A program made the position numbers and the translations under genes. From contig JAJTYI010000006.1 in NCBI GenBank assembly GCA_021463645.1, forward strand, positions 117,692 to 181,691: DNA of 64,000 bases, read 5' to 3'. Shown piece by piece: positions 63,931-64,000 of the stretch. Under the pieces are notes generated by a model that was not told where the DNA came from, ran no database searches, and was given only the letters and a program-made list of their open reading frames with translations. Source of the DNA: a bacterium. GTDB lineage: Bacteria; Patescibacteriota; Dojkabacteria; B142; OLB20. The number at the start of each line of letters is the position of its first letter. Position 1 is the first letter of the stretch.

Positions 63931-64000
63931 ATGATTAGAAATAACGAGTATATCAAACGTGTTTGAGAAGTTTTAATTACAAAATACTTTTGATTGATTT

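Noticed and set aside
1-64000. Alternative genetic code (for example UGA or UAA reassignment, as in some CPR lineages), prompted by the in-frame TAA codons in pcrA and at 5860
   Set aside because: Long conserved genes (rpoB, rpoC, dnaA, ftsK, argS, acs and others) are uninterrupted in the standard code. TAA is also used as the ordinary terminator of many genes here. Two isolated in-frame TAA codons are better explained by mutation or error.
1-64000. Searched the translations for integrase, transposase, reverse transcriptase/DGR, Cas, restriction-modification, toxin-antitoxin or other known defence modules
   Set aside because: No ORF showed the corresponding motifs. The repeat phenomena therefore have no autonomous mobile-element gene within this window. 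Absence was judged by eye only.

Overview
This is a low-GC (about 33-40% by eye), very gene-dense bacterial chromosome segment that reads cleanly in the standard genetic code. Several convergent genes abut or overlap at their stop codons. The gene content is a Gram-positive-like envelope toolkit in a streamlined genome: sortase, an LPXTG substrate, a FemX-like gene, a DegT-like gene, and many single-pass or secreted proteins of unknown function. Ribosomal proteins and RNA polymerase carry lineage-specific insertions. I infer a small-genome lineage such as Patescibacteria/CPR, but this is not proven. The window spans the replication origin region: yidD, two perfect DnaA boxes, dnaA, an AT-rich spacer with degenerate boxes, then dnaN. 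Other recognisable genes are ftsQ-ftsA-ftsZ, rpoD, rpsO, rpmH-rnpA, rpoB-rpoC-rpsL-rpsG, dnaG, argS, serS (with a T-box leader), ftsK, comM/yifB, def, hup, a tsaC-tsaE fusion plus tsaD, and acs. pcrA/uvrD is interrupted by one in-frame TAA. No integrase, transposase, reverse transcriptase, CRISPR array or known defence gene was recognised. The most unusual signal is non-coding. Both tRNA genes (Asn-GTT at 1204-1275, Arg-GCG at 25523-25596) are followed by ORF-less structured units of about 105-135 nt. Each unit ends in a direct copy of the last 16-17 nt of that tRNA plus a few trailer nucleotides. The Arg locus has two tandem units and the Asn locus has one. All three units share an identical 16-nt hairpin, CCTTGC-TTTC-GCAAGG, which has a GAAA tetraloop on the other strand. 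Other leads: a roughly 1-kb single-gene cassette flanked by a 21-bp direct repeat that duplicates the femX 5' end; a paralogous juxtamembrane Cys-rich module; a two-gene islet with its own consensus promoters between pcrA and dnaG; and a promoter plus two terminator-like hairpins upstream of rpoB.
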